64,000 nt of DNA, taken from Clostridia bacterium (GTDB lineage: Bacteria; Bacillota; Clostridia; Oscillospirales; CAG-272). The DNA lies in the NCBI GenBank assembly GCA_017503325.1, contig JAFVTI010000006.1, forward strand, positions 14,947 through 78,946, written 5' to 3'. Made by a program: the position numbers and the translations under genes. Shown here piece after piece: positions 44,982 through 52,585 of the stretch. Under the pieces are notes generated by a model, which was not told the origin of the DNA, ran no database searches, and saw only the letters and a program-made list of their open reading frames with translations. The stretch's first letter is position 1. Each line of letters starts with the position of its first letter.

Positions 44982-46793
44982 ATGATCTATGAAACGCAAG
45001 CGGCAAGCGGCTCAGCCTCTCTTGCCGATTATTATCTGCAAAACGGAAAGGGAACGCATGCCTATCGCTATTTCGGCGTGCACAGGCTGCTTGATCGCCC
45101 CGAATGGAGCTATGTTTTCCGCGTCGCTGCGCCCGGAGCGGACAGGGTCAGCCTGGTTGGCGAGTGGGATGGCTGGGAGCCGACACCAATGCAACGTATC
45201 CCCAATAGTGGTGTCTGGGAGCTTTGCATGCGCGCAGGGATCTGCCCGGAGGGCTTGCGGTATAAATACCTTGTAGAAACGGGAGAGGGCAGGCATTATA
45301 AGGCCGATCCCTATGCCCGCGCAAGTGAGAGTGGCGGCGAGGGAGCGTCGGTTATCTGTACGGAGACGCATTACGTCTGGCATGATCGCGCTTATCTGGA
45401 GGCGCGTGAGCAGCTGTACGGTGGGAACGGGCGATATGATTTGCCTATGAATATTTATGAGGTGGAGCTTTCGGGGTGGCAGGATCACGAACGCATGGGA
45501 CCGGATGGCAATTTCCGCCAGATCGCCGACCTGCTTTCTCAATATTTGGCCGATATGGGATACACGCACGTGCTGATCCACAGCGTTTGCCGTCAGAACG
45601 CAGGCAAAGAGGGAATCGTGTCGTATTTTGCTCCGGACAGCGCACTTGGCACGCAGGATGATTTCGCGTACTTCGTGGACCGCATGCACAAGGAGCAGAT
45701 CGGCGTGATCATGGAGCTGGAATGCCGTATGGCAGGTACGCACGTGGGTGGGCTTGTTGACTTTGACGGAGCGGGCGCGTTTGCCACCATGCACGACGGC
45801 AGGGCATGCTTTGACCATGCTGACCCTTACGCGACCACACTGCTGTATTCCGCGGCCATGTTCTGGCTGCGTGAGCTTCATTTGGACGGACTGTATATCA
45901 ACACCGAGGGCATGCAGGCAGGGCGGCAGACGGGGGAGCTGATCCGGAGTATGGCCGAGAACGTGCACCGCAGCATACCGGACGCGCTGCTGATCCTGCG
46001 TGCCTTTGGCTATCACGGACTCAGCGTCGAGCCCACGCTTGGCGGCCTTGGGTATGATCTGATCATAGATCCGAACACCGAGCGCGCGCTGCTTGATCTC
46101 TTTGCTACCTCAAGCGAGCTGCGAATCGGCAGACAATCCTGGCGTGAGCCTGCGAAAGGCTTGTATGCAGAGCACAGCATTCTCGCGCTTTCCTCGGAGC
46201 TGATTCTGGAACGTGCAAGCTCGATCTTCGGTGCTTTGGACGGCACGCACGCGCAAAAATTTGCCGCCATGCGGCTGCTTTATTTGTTTATGACCTGCTT
46301 ACCGGGTAAAAAGATGAGCTTTATGGGCAACGAATTTTGCCAGATGAGTGCATGGAAGCCGCGCGAGAGCGTGGAGTGGTTTGAACGCGAGCTGGACTCA
46401 CATAAGGAATTTCACAATTACGTCAAATCACTCAATTCGTTGTATCTGCATACCGCGGCATTTTGGGAGTGTGACAGCACCCGCCACGGCCTGGAGGCTG
46501 TGCCATTGGAAAACGCATCCGAGGGGGTCATCGCCTTCAGACGCTTCGATCGCGCGGGCAGGGAGGTGTGCGTGCTGATCAACTTTGGCGACAAAGAGGC
46601 CTTGAGTGTGCGCGCACGTGTTGGCGGGCGGTATCCGTATTATGAGCAGATCTTTTCAACCGGCGAGCAGGCAGAGTCTCTGCACTTGCAAACCGATGCA
46701 GACGGATGCGTCAATACCGACCTGCCGGGGCTTTTCGGCATGCTGCTCTCACCAAAGGCTCCGCAGAGTGGGTTTTGGATGGAAAATGCGTAA
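44982..46793 (+). CDS. 1,4-alpha-glucan branching enzyme (GH13 GlgB) homologue with substituted catalytic residues
   Basis: CBM48-like N-terminus and clear GlgB colinearity (ADPYA, IYE, IGVI.., LHLDG, FMGNEF). The four GH13 conserved regions read ELECRMAGTH, LDGLYINTE, LLILRAFG and ALSSELIL in place of DWVPGHF, DGFRVDAV, IAE(E/D)ST and FSHDEVV. Confidence 0.8.
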   Translation: MIYETQAASGSASLADYYLQNGKGTHAYRYFGVHRLLDRPEWSYVFRVAAPGADRVSLVGEWDGWEPTPMQRIPNSGVWELCMRAGICPEGLRYKYLVETGEGRHYKADPYARASESGGEGASVICTETHYVWHDRAYLEAREQLYGGNGRYDLPMNIYEVELSGWQDHERMGPDGNFRQIADLLSQYLADMGYTHVLIHSVCRQNAGKEGIVSYFAPDSALGTQDDFAYFVDRMHKEQIGVIMELECRMAGTHVGGLVDFDGAGAFATMHDGRACFDHADPYATTLLYSAAMFWLRELHLDGLYINTEGMQAGRQTGELIRSMAENVHRSIPDALLILRAFGYHGLSVEPTLGGLGYDLIIDPNTERALLDLFATSSELRIGRQSWREPAKGLYAEHSILALSSELILERASSIFGALDGTHAQKFAAMRLLYLFMTCLPGKKMSFMGNEFCQMSAWKPRESVEWFERELDSHKEFHNYVKSLNSLYLHTAAFWECDSTRHGLEAVPLENASEGVIAFRRFDRAGREVCVLINFGDKEALSVRARVGGRYPYYEQIFSTGEQAESLHLQTDADGCVNTDLPGLFGMLLSPKAPQSGFWMENA

Positions 46794-46810
46794 AATTGCA
46801 CCAACCCGCC

Positions 46811-46839
46811 TTGACACCCACGCGGCAAAGTGATAAAAT
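46811..46839 (+). promoter_or_regulatory. Sigma-A-type promoter
   Basis: TTGACA, 17 nt, TAAAAT, upstream of a GGGGAGGTG RBS and GTG 46873. Confidence 0.55.
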
Positions 46840-46872
46840 ATAGATTAGTCGGCAAAAAGGGGAGGTGAGCGC

Positions 46873-48288
46873 GTGGACGCCAGGATCAAGCGGCTGTTTG
46901 GAAATACCGTGATCTTTACGGTAGGGAAATTCGTATCCAAAATGCTGGTCTTTTTCATGATGCCGCTGTATACCGCGTGTCTGTCCGAGGCGCAGTATTC
47001 CACCGCGGATCTGATCACGCAGCTTGCCAATCTGCTCATCCCGCTTGCCTGTCTCGGCATTGCCGATGGGCTGTTCCGCAACGCGGCCGCCAAGGAAGGG
47101 GACAAAGAGGCCTTTTTCTCCAGCGGCATGGCCATTTTGGCCATCAGCTCGGCGGGCTTTTTGCTGCTCTCTCCGCTGCTTTTGCTGCTGGAATACTTCG
47201 CGTCTTACGTCTGGCTGATCGTTATCTTCGTGCTGTGCTCCAATTTCCATTCGGTTTGCGCGCAGTACGTTTGCGCCATCGGACGCACCAAAACCTTTGC
47301 GGTGCAGGGAATTGTCAACACCGCGCTCAACATCGGCTTCAATCTTTTGTTCCTTCTTGGCTTTGACATGAAGATCGAGGGGTACGTACTCAGCGTCGTG
47401 TGTGCCGATTTTGTCACCACGCTGCTGCTGATTGTGTATTGCAGGCTGTGGCGCGCCTTTTCGGTCAAAAAGATCTCACGCAAGATCATGGGCGAGATGC
47501 TCCGCTTCTCGCTGCCGCTTATCCCCACCACGGTATTCTGGTGGATCACGGGCGTTTCGGATCGCTATCTGGTCGCACGCATGCGCTCGGATGCCGAAAA
47601 CGGCCTCTACGCGGCAGCCTATAAGATCCCTACGCTGCTGACCTACGTGGTGTCTGTATTCAATGAGGCATGGCGTCTGTCCGCAGTCAAGGAGTCGGAC
47701 GATCCCGACGCCTGCGCCGAATTTTTCGGCAAGGTGTTCCGCTATTATGCGGCCATCGTGTTCGTGGGCGGTGCTGCCTTGATCGCGTTTGCTAAGGTTG
47801 CCTCGGTGGTTTTGTTTGCAGATTCCTATTTTGAGGCCTGGTTGTACGTGCCGGTTCTGGTGCTTGCCACCGTGTTCACCTCGTTTGACTCGTTCCTTGC
47901 TACCGCGTATTTCACCAAGAAAAAGACCATGGTGTCGTTCTATACCTCCATGCTGGGTGCGGTGCTCAACGTCGTGCTCAATCTGATCTGGATTCCGTCG
48001 TGGGGCGCAGTCGGCGCGTCGGTTGCCACGCTGATCAGCTATTTTGCGGTGTTTGTGCTGCGCGCGGCCACCATGCATCGCTATATCCGCTTCAATCTGC
48101 AGATTCCTCGCATCGCCATCAATACCGTGCTGCTTGGCGGCATGACGCTCATTATGATGACCGAGCCGCACCTCTGGCAGCTGTACGTCGGCCTTTTGGC
48201 CGCTGCGGTGGCATGCTTGAACGCACCCGCGCTGCTCTCCATGCTCAAAATGCTGCCCGAGATGCTGAAGGGAAGAATGAAACGCTGA
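46873..48288 (+). CDS. Polysaccharide/oligosaccharide flippase (MOP superfamily, Wzx/SpoVB-like)
   Basis: 471-aa protein with about 12-14 TM helices. N-terminus RLFGNTVIFTVGKFVSKML.FFMMPLYT is typical of the family. GTG start. Confidence 0.8.
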   Translation: MDARIKRLFGNTVIFTVGKFVSKMLVFFMMPLYTACLSEAQYSTADLITQLANLLIPLACLGIADGLFRNAAAKEGDKEAFFSSGMAILAISSAGFLLLSPLLLLLEYFASYVWLIVIFVLCSNFHSVCAQYVCAIGRTKTFAVQGIVNTALNIGFNLLFLLGFDMKIEGYVLSVVCADFVTTLLLIVYCRLWRAFSVKKISRKIMGEMLRFSLPLIPTTVFWWITGVSDRYLVARMRSDAENGLYAAAYKIPTLLTYVVSVFNEAWRLSAVKESDDPDACAEFFGKVFRYYAAIVFVGGAALIAFAKVASVVLFADSYFEAWLYVPVLVLATVFTSFDSFLATAYFTKKKTMVSFYTSMLGAVLNVVLNLIWIPSWGAVGASVATLISYFAVFVLRAATMHRYIRFNLQIPRIAINTVLLGGMTLIMMTEPHLWQLYVGLLAAAVACLNAPALLSMLKMLPEMLKGRMKR

Positions 48289-48336
48289 AGCAGCGAAAAA
48301 ATATGAGAAAAATGTAAAATATTTTTCAAAAAACTC

Positions 48337-48365
48337 TTGCATTTTGAAAAAAGATATGTTATAAT
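48337..48365 (+). promoter_or_regulatory. Sigma-A-type promoter of rplS
   Basis: TTGCAT, 17 nt, TATAAT. Confidence 0.6.
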
Positions 48366-48454
48366 AACCGATGCGTGCCATGAGCACGGCATTAGAACGG
48401 GTGGTCCGCTGCATGCTCGCAAGAACATCCGATAATATAAGGAGGGCCATCAAA
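48366..48454 (+). promoter_or_regulatory. Structured ~85-nt rplS leader (possible L19 autoregulatory leader)
   Basis: Hairpin atgcgtgc-catga-gcacggcat and further pairing precede the AGGAGGG RBS. Firmicute rplS genes are known to carry an L19 leader motif. Identity was not verified. Confidence 0.3.
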
Positions 48455-48796
48455 ATGAATCTGATCGAGGCTTTTACAAACGAGCAATTGAAGGCAGAAA
48501 TTCCTTCTGTCAACGTTGGTGACACTGTACGTGTTCACAACAAGATCAAAGAGGGTTCCAGAGAGAGAATCCAGCTTTTCGAGGGTACCGTAATCGCTAA
48601 GCACGGTGCAGGTATCTCTGCTACCTTTACTGTAAGAAGAATTTCTTACGGCTGCGGTGTTGAAAAGACTTTCCCCATCCACTCTCCCAACGTAGTAGCT
48701 GTTGACACTATCCGTCGTGGTAAGGTCAGACGTGCAAAGCTGTACTACCTGCGTGGCAGAGTTGGTAAGGCTTCTAAGGTTAAGGAAAAAATCTAA
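48455..48796 (+). CDS. rplS: 50S ribosomal protein L19
   Basis: MNLIEAF....[26 protein letters not shown] in a 113-aa protein. Confidence 0.95.
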   Translation: MNLIEAFTNEQLKAEIPSVNVGDTVRVHNKIKEGSRERIQLFEGTVIAKHGAGISATFTVRRISYGCGVEKTFPIHSPNVVAVDTIRRGKVRRAKLYYLRGRVGKASKVKEKI

Positions 48797-48811
48797 TCTT
48801 AGAGAAATAGA

Positions 48812-48846
48812 AAAGGCGAACGCGATTATGCGCTCGCCTTTTCTAT
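48812..48846 (+). terminator. Rho-independent terminator after rplS
   Basis: Stem aaggcga..cgc / gcg..tcgcctt followed by a T run. Confidence 0.65.
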
Positions 48847-48872
48847 ATTCGTGGGTTTTCTCGCGCAATCTC

Positions 48873-48901
48873 TTGCAATTCTTTCGGTGGTATGCTACAA
48901 T
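48873..48901 (+). promoter_or_regulatory. Sigma-A-type promoter
   Basis: TTGCAA, 17 nt, TACAAT. It lies 32 nt upstream of ATG 48934. Confidence 0.55.
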
Positions 48902-48933
48902 ATACGTAATGATAAAAAAGGGGAGAGATACCG

Positions 48934-50136
48934 ATGAAATACGATTTTACGAGCATTATGGACAGACACGGCAAGGACGCCATTGCCGTGGACGCGCTGG
49001 GGCATGGTTGGGCACCTGCAGCACCGGCCGAGGGATTTGACGCCATCCCCATGTGGGTCGCGGACATGAATTTCCCGACAGCCCCTACGGTTATTGCGGC
49101 CATGCAAGAGCGCGTGCAGCATCCCGCATTCGGGTATTTTGATCCTCGCGAGGAGTATTATGCCTCCATCATTCGCTGGCAGAGCGAGCGCAACGGCGCC
49201 ATGGGTCTTGAACCCAAGCACATCGGCTATGAAAACGGCGTGCTGGGCGGTGTTTTGTCCGCGCTGAACACCTTCTGCTCGCGCGGCGACAACGTGCTGG
49301 TGCTCAGTCCCTTGTACGTGGGCTTCCGTGGCTCGCTGCATAATAACGGCTACAATATCGTGGAAAGCCGCCTTGTGCAGGACGAAGCGGGAAAATGGCG
49401 CATTGATTTTGAGGACGTGGAGCAAAAGATTTTGCAAAATCACATCCATGCAGCCATTTTCTGCTCGCCGCACAATCCTACGGGGCGCGTTTGGGAGAGA
49501 TGGGAGATCGAGCGCATCATGGAGCTTTACCGCAAGCATGACGTATACGTCATCTCGGACGAGATCTGGTCGGATATCATTCTGGACGGCCACAAGCATA
49601 TCCCCACGCAATCGGTCAGCGAGGACGCGCGACAGAGAACGGTTGCGCTGTATGCCCCCTCCAAGACCTTTAATTTGGCGGGTCTGATCGGTGCTTACCA
49701 TATCATTTATAACGACCGCATCCGCGACCGCGTGGAAAAGGAATCCTCGCTCTCGCACTACAATTCCATGAACGTGCTGTCCATGTACGCGCTGATCGGT
49801 GCATATCAGGACGAGGGACAGGTATGGGTAAACGAGCTTTGCGAGGTACTGTCCGGCAACGTGGATTTTGCCTGCAAGTATATCGCCGAGCATTTCGAGG
49901 GGGTTAAGGTATTCCACCCCGAGGGCACGTACATGCTGTTCATCGATTGCGCCGAGTATATGCAAAAGCACGGCAAGACGCTGGACGAGATCGTGGCTGC
50001 AGGCTGCGCGGTGGGCGTGACCTGGCAGGACGGCCGCGTGCATGGCGGCACGACGCACATCCGTCTCAATCTCGCATTGCCGCTCTCGCGCGTGCAAGAG
50101 GCCTTTGACCGCCTGCGCAAATACGTATTTATATAA
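48934..50136 (+). CDS. PLP-dependent C-S lyase, MalY/PatB family (cystathionine beta-lyase-like aminotransferase fold)
   Basis: N-terminus MKYDFTSIMDRHG and PLP-lysine block APSKTFNLAG in a 400-aa protein. Confidence 0.85.
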   Translation: MKYDFTSIMDRHGKDAIAVDALGHGWAPAAPAEGFDAIPMWVADMNFPTAPTVIAAMQERVQHPAFGYFDPREEYYASIIRWQSERNGAMGLEPKHIGYENGVLGGVLSALNTFCSRGDNVLVLSPLYVGFRGSLHNNGYNIVESRLVQDEAGKWRIDFEDVEQKILQNHIHAAIFCSPHNPTGRVWERWEIERIMELYRKHDVYVISDEIWSDIILDGHKHIPTQSVSEDARQRTVALYAPSKTFNLAGLIGAYHIIYNDRIRDRVEKESSLSHYNSMNVLSMYALIGAYQDEGQVWVNELCEVLSGNVDFACKYIAEHFEGVKVFHPEGTYMLFIDCAEYMQKHGKTLDEIVAAGCAVGVTWQDGRVHGGTTHIRLNLALPLSRVQEAFDRLRKYVFI

Positions 50137-50152
50137 AAGGTAATTAACAAAT

Positions 50153-50189
50153 AACAGGGGCTGCTTTGGCAGCTCCTGTTTGCTTTTTT
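50153..50189 (+). terminator. Rho-independent terminator
   Basis: Stem aacaggggctgc / gcagctcctgtt followed by tgcTTTTTT. Confidence 0.7.
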
Positions 50190-50256
50190 CTAACAGAACG
50201 GACGCGAAAAAAAGCCTTGCCTCAAGGGAAGAGCGAAGGGAATGGATTCGCGCAAA

Positions 50257-50577
50257 AAGCCTTCCCCGCTGGGGTAAGGTGGCGCCGTAGGCGACGGATG
50301 AGGTCCCCATAAAACCGCTCAAAACAATCTTGGGCGTCTTTCACATAGGAAGAGAGAACACTTGCTCCCTTCAGGGAGTAGGAGCAAAGCGACGGAGCGT
50401 GTTTTGCTATATTGATCGAATATCTGATAGCTTAAAGCTTTTTGCCCTCTGTATCTCCCAAAGGGAGAAAGGGATCAGTTGCCCTATGGGGTAGATCGCC
50501 TAAAGATGGTTCAGAGCGGTTTTATGGGGACCTCATCCGTCGCCTACGGCGCCACCTTACCCCAGCGGGGAAGGCTT
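50257..50577. repeat. Perfect 64-bp GC-rich inverted repeat with a 193-nt structured spacer
   Basis: 50257-50320 (aagccttccccgctggggtaaggtggcgccgtaggcgacggatgaggtccccataaaaccgctc) is the exact reverse complement of 50514-50577. The arms extend imperfectly to about 50249 and 50590. Confidence 0.95.
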
Positions 50578-50665
50578 GTTTCGCGTTTCCGCATCACCGT
50601 ATCGGCTCCGCTATAACCCTCTGTTACAAATGCAAAAAATGTGTCAAAGATTTTATGAAAATCTC

Positions 50666-50694
50666 TTGATTTTTACGTAAATTTATGATAATAT
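50666..50694 (+). promoter_or_regulatory. Extended -10 sigma-A-type promoter of the SipW-associated operon
   Basis: TTGATT, 17 nt (ending in TGa), TAATAT. It leaves a ~140-nt purine-rich leader before ATG 50838. Confidence 0.5.
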
Positions 50695-50837
50695 TACCGT
50701 AGGACTTTGTTTCACTTTATGAAAAAAGAATGGGTAGCAGGGAAGCGCTCGTTCGTATTTTCATATCAATAGGTCAAAAGCCTTGATATATAAAGGAAAA
50801 ACAAAAGCTGAAAATACAAGAAAGGAAAAACAAAAAA

Positions 50838-51380
50838 ATGAAAAACAGAAAAACAATTATTGTAGGCTTTATTCTTGTAGCTTGCATGATCATGGGTGTT
50901 GGTTATGCGGTACTTACTGACTCTCTCGAGGTTGGCGGTACTGCAGAGATTAAGAAGGATGCAGCAGAGGATGCATTCGACTTTGATGTTCGTTTTACTA
51001 ATGCTACAGCGGTAACTCCGGGAAATACAACAAGCATTAATGCAGATAACGACGATAAGGTTTCCTTCACCGCATCTTCACTCGCGGAAAAGGATGACGT
51101 TGCTACGTTTGAGTACGAGGTAACAAACAGTAGTGATCTTATTGCTAAGATTGCGTCTACAGATATTGATGCTAATGTAACCACTTTAACAGCAGATGAT
51201 GGTACTGTTACTACTCCCTCAGAGAGTATTTTTGAAGTTACCTACTCGTGGAATACAGAAACTATTGCCGCAAATGGCGGTACGGCAATACTTACAGTTC
51301 ATGTAAAACTTAAGGAAACGCCCACTGTTTACGCAAAGGGAACATTTACTCTTACCATTAGTGTAATTTCCGAGGAGTAA
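50838..51380 (+). CDS. Small secreted acidic Thr/Ala-rich protein with a SipW-class-like signal peptide; candidate major fibre or matrix subunit
   Basis: The signal and mature N-terminus MKNRKTIIVGFILVACMIMGVGYA|VLTDSLEVGGTAEI share a motif with the 54157 ORF. There are no Cys residues and the sequence looks beta-rich. The block SSLAEKDDVATFEYEVTNSSDLIAKI recalls TasA/camelysin-type sandwiches. Confidence 0.7.
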   Translation: MKNRKTIIVGFILVACMIMGVGYAVLTDSLEVGGTAEIKKDAAEDAFDFDVRFTNATAVTPGNTTSINADNDDKVSFTASSLAEKDDVATFEYEVTNSSDLIAKIASTDIDANVTTLTADDGTVTTPSESIFEVTYSWNTETIAANGGTAILTVHVKLKETPTVYAKGTFTLTISVISEE

Positions 51381-51452
51381 CAGTTAGCTTAGACTCATTG
51401 TTTTGAGCGACCAAATACCAATCTATCATATGAGTAATCAAGGAGGTCAGCA

Positions 51453-52574
51453 ATGTCAGACAAAAGAATATTGCACGCAATATCTGCGTCGACCCTTGCT
51501 GTCCTCCTTCTTGCATTTTTCCTTCCGGGTGAATACAGCGGCAAGGTAACCGCCGCTGTATTGCTCCTGCCCGTTGCGTTGCTTTGTCGGTTTGCCATCA
51601 AAAAGAGAAGCATTCCGTCCATCAACAAAGGGCAGGTTCTTATGATCATGTCGATCATTAGCGTGGTGCTTCTGACACTTTTATATATGACCGGTCTTGA
51701 GTTCGGATTTGTCAGAAATCCGTACGCGCTGCATGCCAGATTTTTGCTTGGGTATGCGCTTCCCACCTCGGTCATTATCGTAGCGTCCGAGTATGCCCGT
51801 TACGTCATGCGCGCACAGAACGACAAGGCCGCAGACGTTTTGTCCTATCTGTTCTGCGTGGTTGCCGAGATTCTGATCTTCGGTAACTTTGCATACATGA
51901 ACACCTTCAACAGATTCATGGATTTCGTGGGAGTCACGCTGTTTCCCGCAATCATTGCAAATCTGCTTTACCATTATCTTTCCAAGCGTTACGGGGCAAC
52001 GCCCAATATCGTGTACCGCGCCGTGCTTGCGCTGTATACGTACTTTATCCCCGTTGTGTCGGGAATCCCCGATTCGCTCATGGCTTTCGCCAAGCTTTTT
52101 ATCCCAATTCTCATTTATCTTTTCATTGACGCGCTGTTTGAAAAGAAGAGAAAATACGCACTTGTCAAAACCAGCAAGCTGTCCGTGGTCATCACGGCGG
52201 TCGCTGTCGTGATCATGGCAGGTGTGGTCATGCTGATCTCCAACCAGTTCCGCTTTGGCGTGTTGGTGATCGCAACCCCCAGTATGACGGGCGAGCTCAA
52301 CAAGGGTGACGCCGCCATATTTGAAAAATACGAGGACCAGCCCCTTGTGGAGGGTCAAGTCATTGTGTTCGAAAAAGACGGCTCTATGATCATTCACAGA
52401 GTCGTGGACATACAAACGGTCAACGGTACGACCAGATATTTCACCAAGGGTGATGCCAACGAGGATCTCGATGCGGGCTTCATCTATCGCTCCGACATCG
52501 TGGGCGTGGTGAACTACAAGGTGCCGTATATTGGCTATCCGACCATCTGGTTGCGTAGCTTATTCCAACGATAA
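51453..52574 (+). CDS. sipW: Signal peptidase I of the SipW/Sec11 (S26B) type, fused to an N-terminal ~265-aa 8-TM domain
   Basis: AAGGAGG RBS. The C-terminal 105 aa carry TPSMTGELNKGD (Ser), MIIHRVV (His) and FTKGDANEDLD, the ER/archaeal-type Ser-His pattern. About eight additional hydrophobic helices precede it. Confidence 0.8.
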   Translation: MSDKRILHAISASTLAVLLLAFFLPGEYSGKVTAAVLLLPVALLCRFAIKKRSIPSINKGQVLMIMSIISVVLLTLLYMTGLEFGFVRNPYALHARFLLGYALPTSVIIVASEYARYVMRAQNDKAADVLSYLFCVVAEILIFGNFAYMNTFNRFMDFVGVTLFPAIIANLLYHYLSKRYGATPNIVYRAVLALYTYFIPVVSGIPDSLMAFAKLFIPILIYLFIDALFEKKRKYALVKTSKLSVVITAVAVVIMAGVVMLISNQFRFGVLVIATPSMTGELNKGDAAIFEKYEDQPLVEGQVIVFEKDGSMIIHRVVDIQTVNGTTRYFTKGDANEDLDAGFIYRSDIVGVVNYKVPYIGYPTIWLRSLFQR

Positions 52575-52585
52575 GGAGGTAAACC

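Noticed and set aside
50257-50577. The long hairpin locus, considered as a 6S RNA, SRP RNA, tmRNA or RNase P gene.
   Set aside because: None of the conserved motifs of those RNAs is visible. A 64-bp perfect stem is unlike the bulged helices of 6S RNA. It is retained only as an unexplained repeat element.
51453-52250. Assignment of the N-terminal domain of the SipW fusion to the CPBP/Abi intramembrane protease family.
   Set aside because: Only one weak motif (AEILIFG versus EE.xFRG) is present. The conserved Arg and both His motifs are missing or misplaced, so this is too weak to call. It is mentioned only as a lead.
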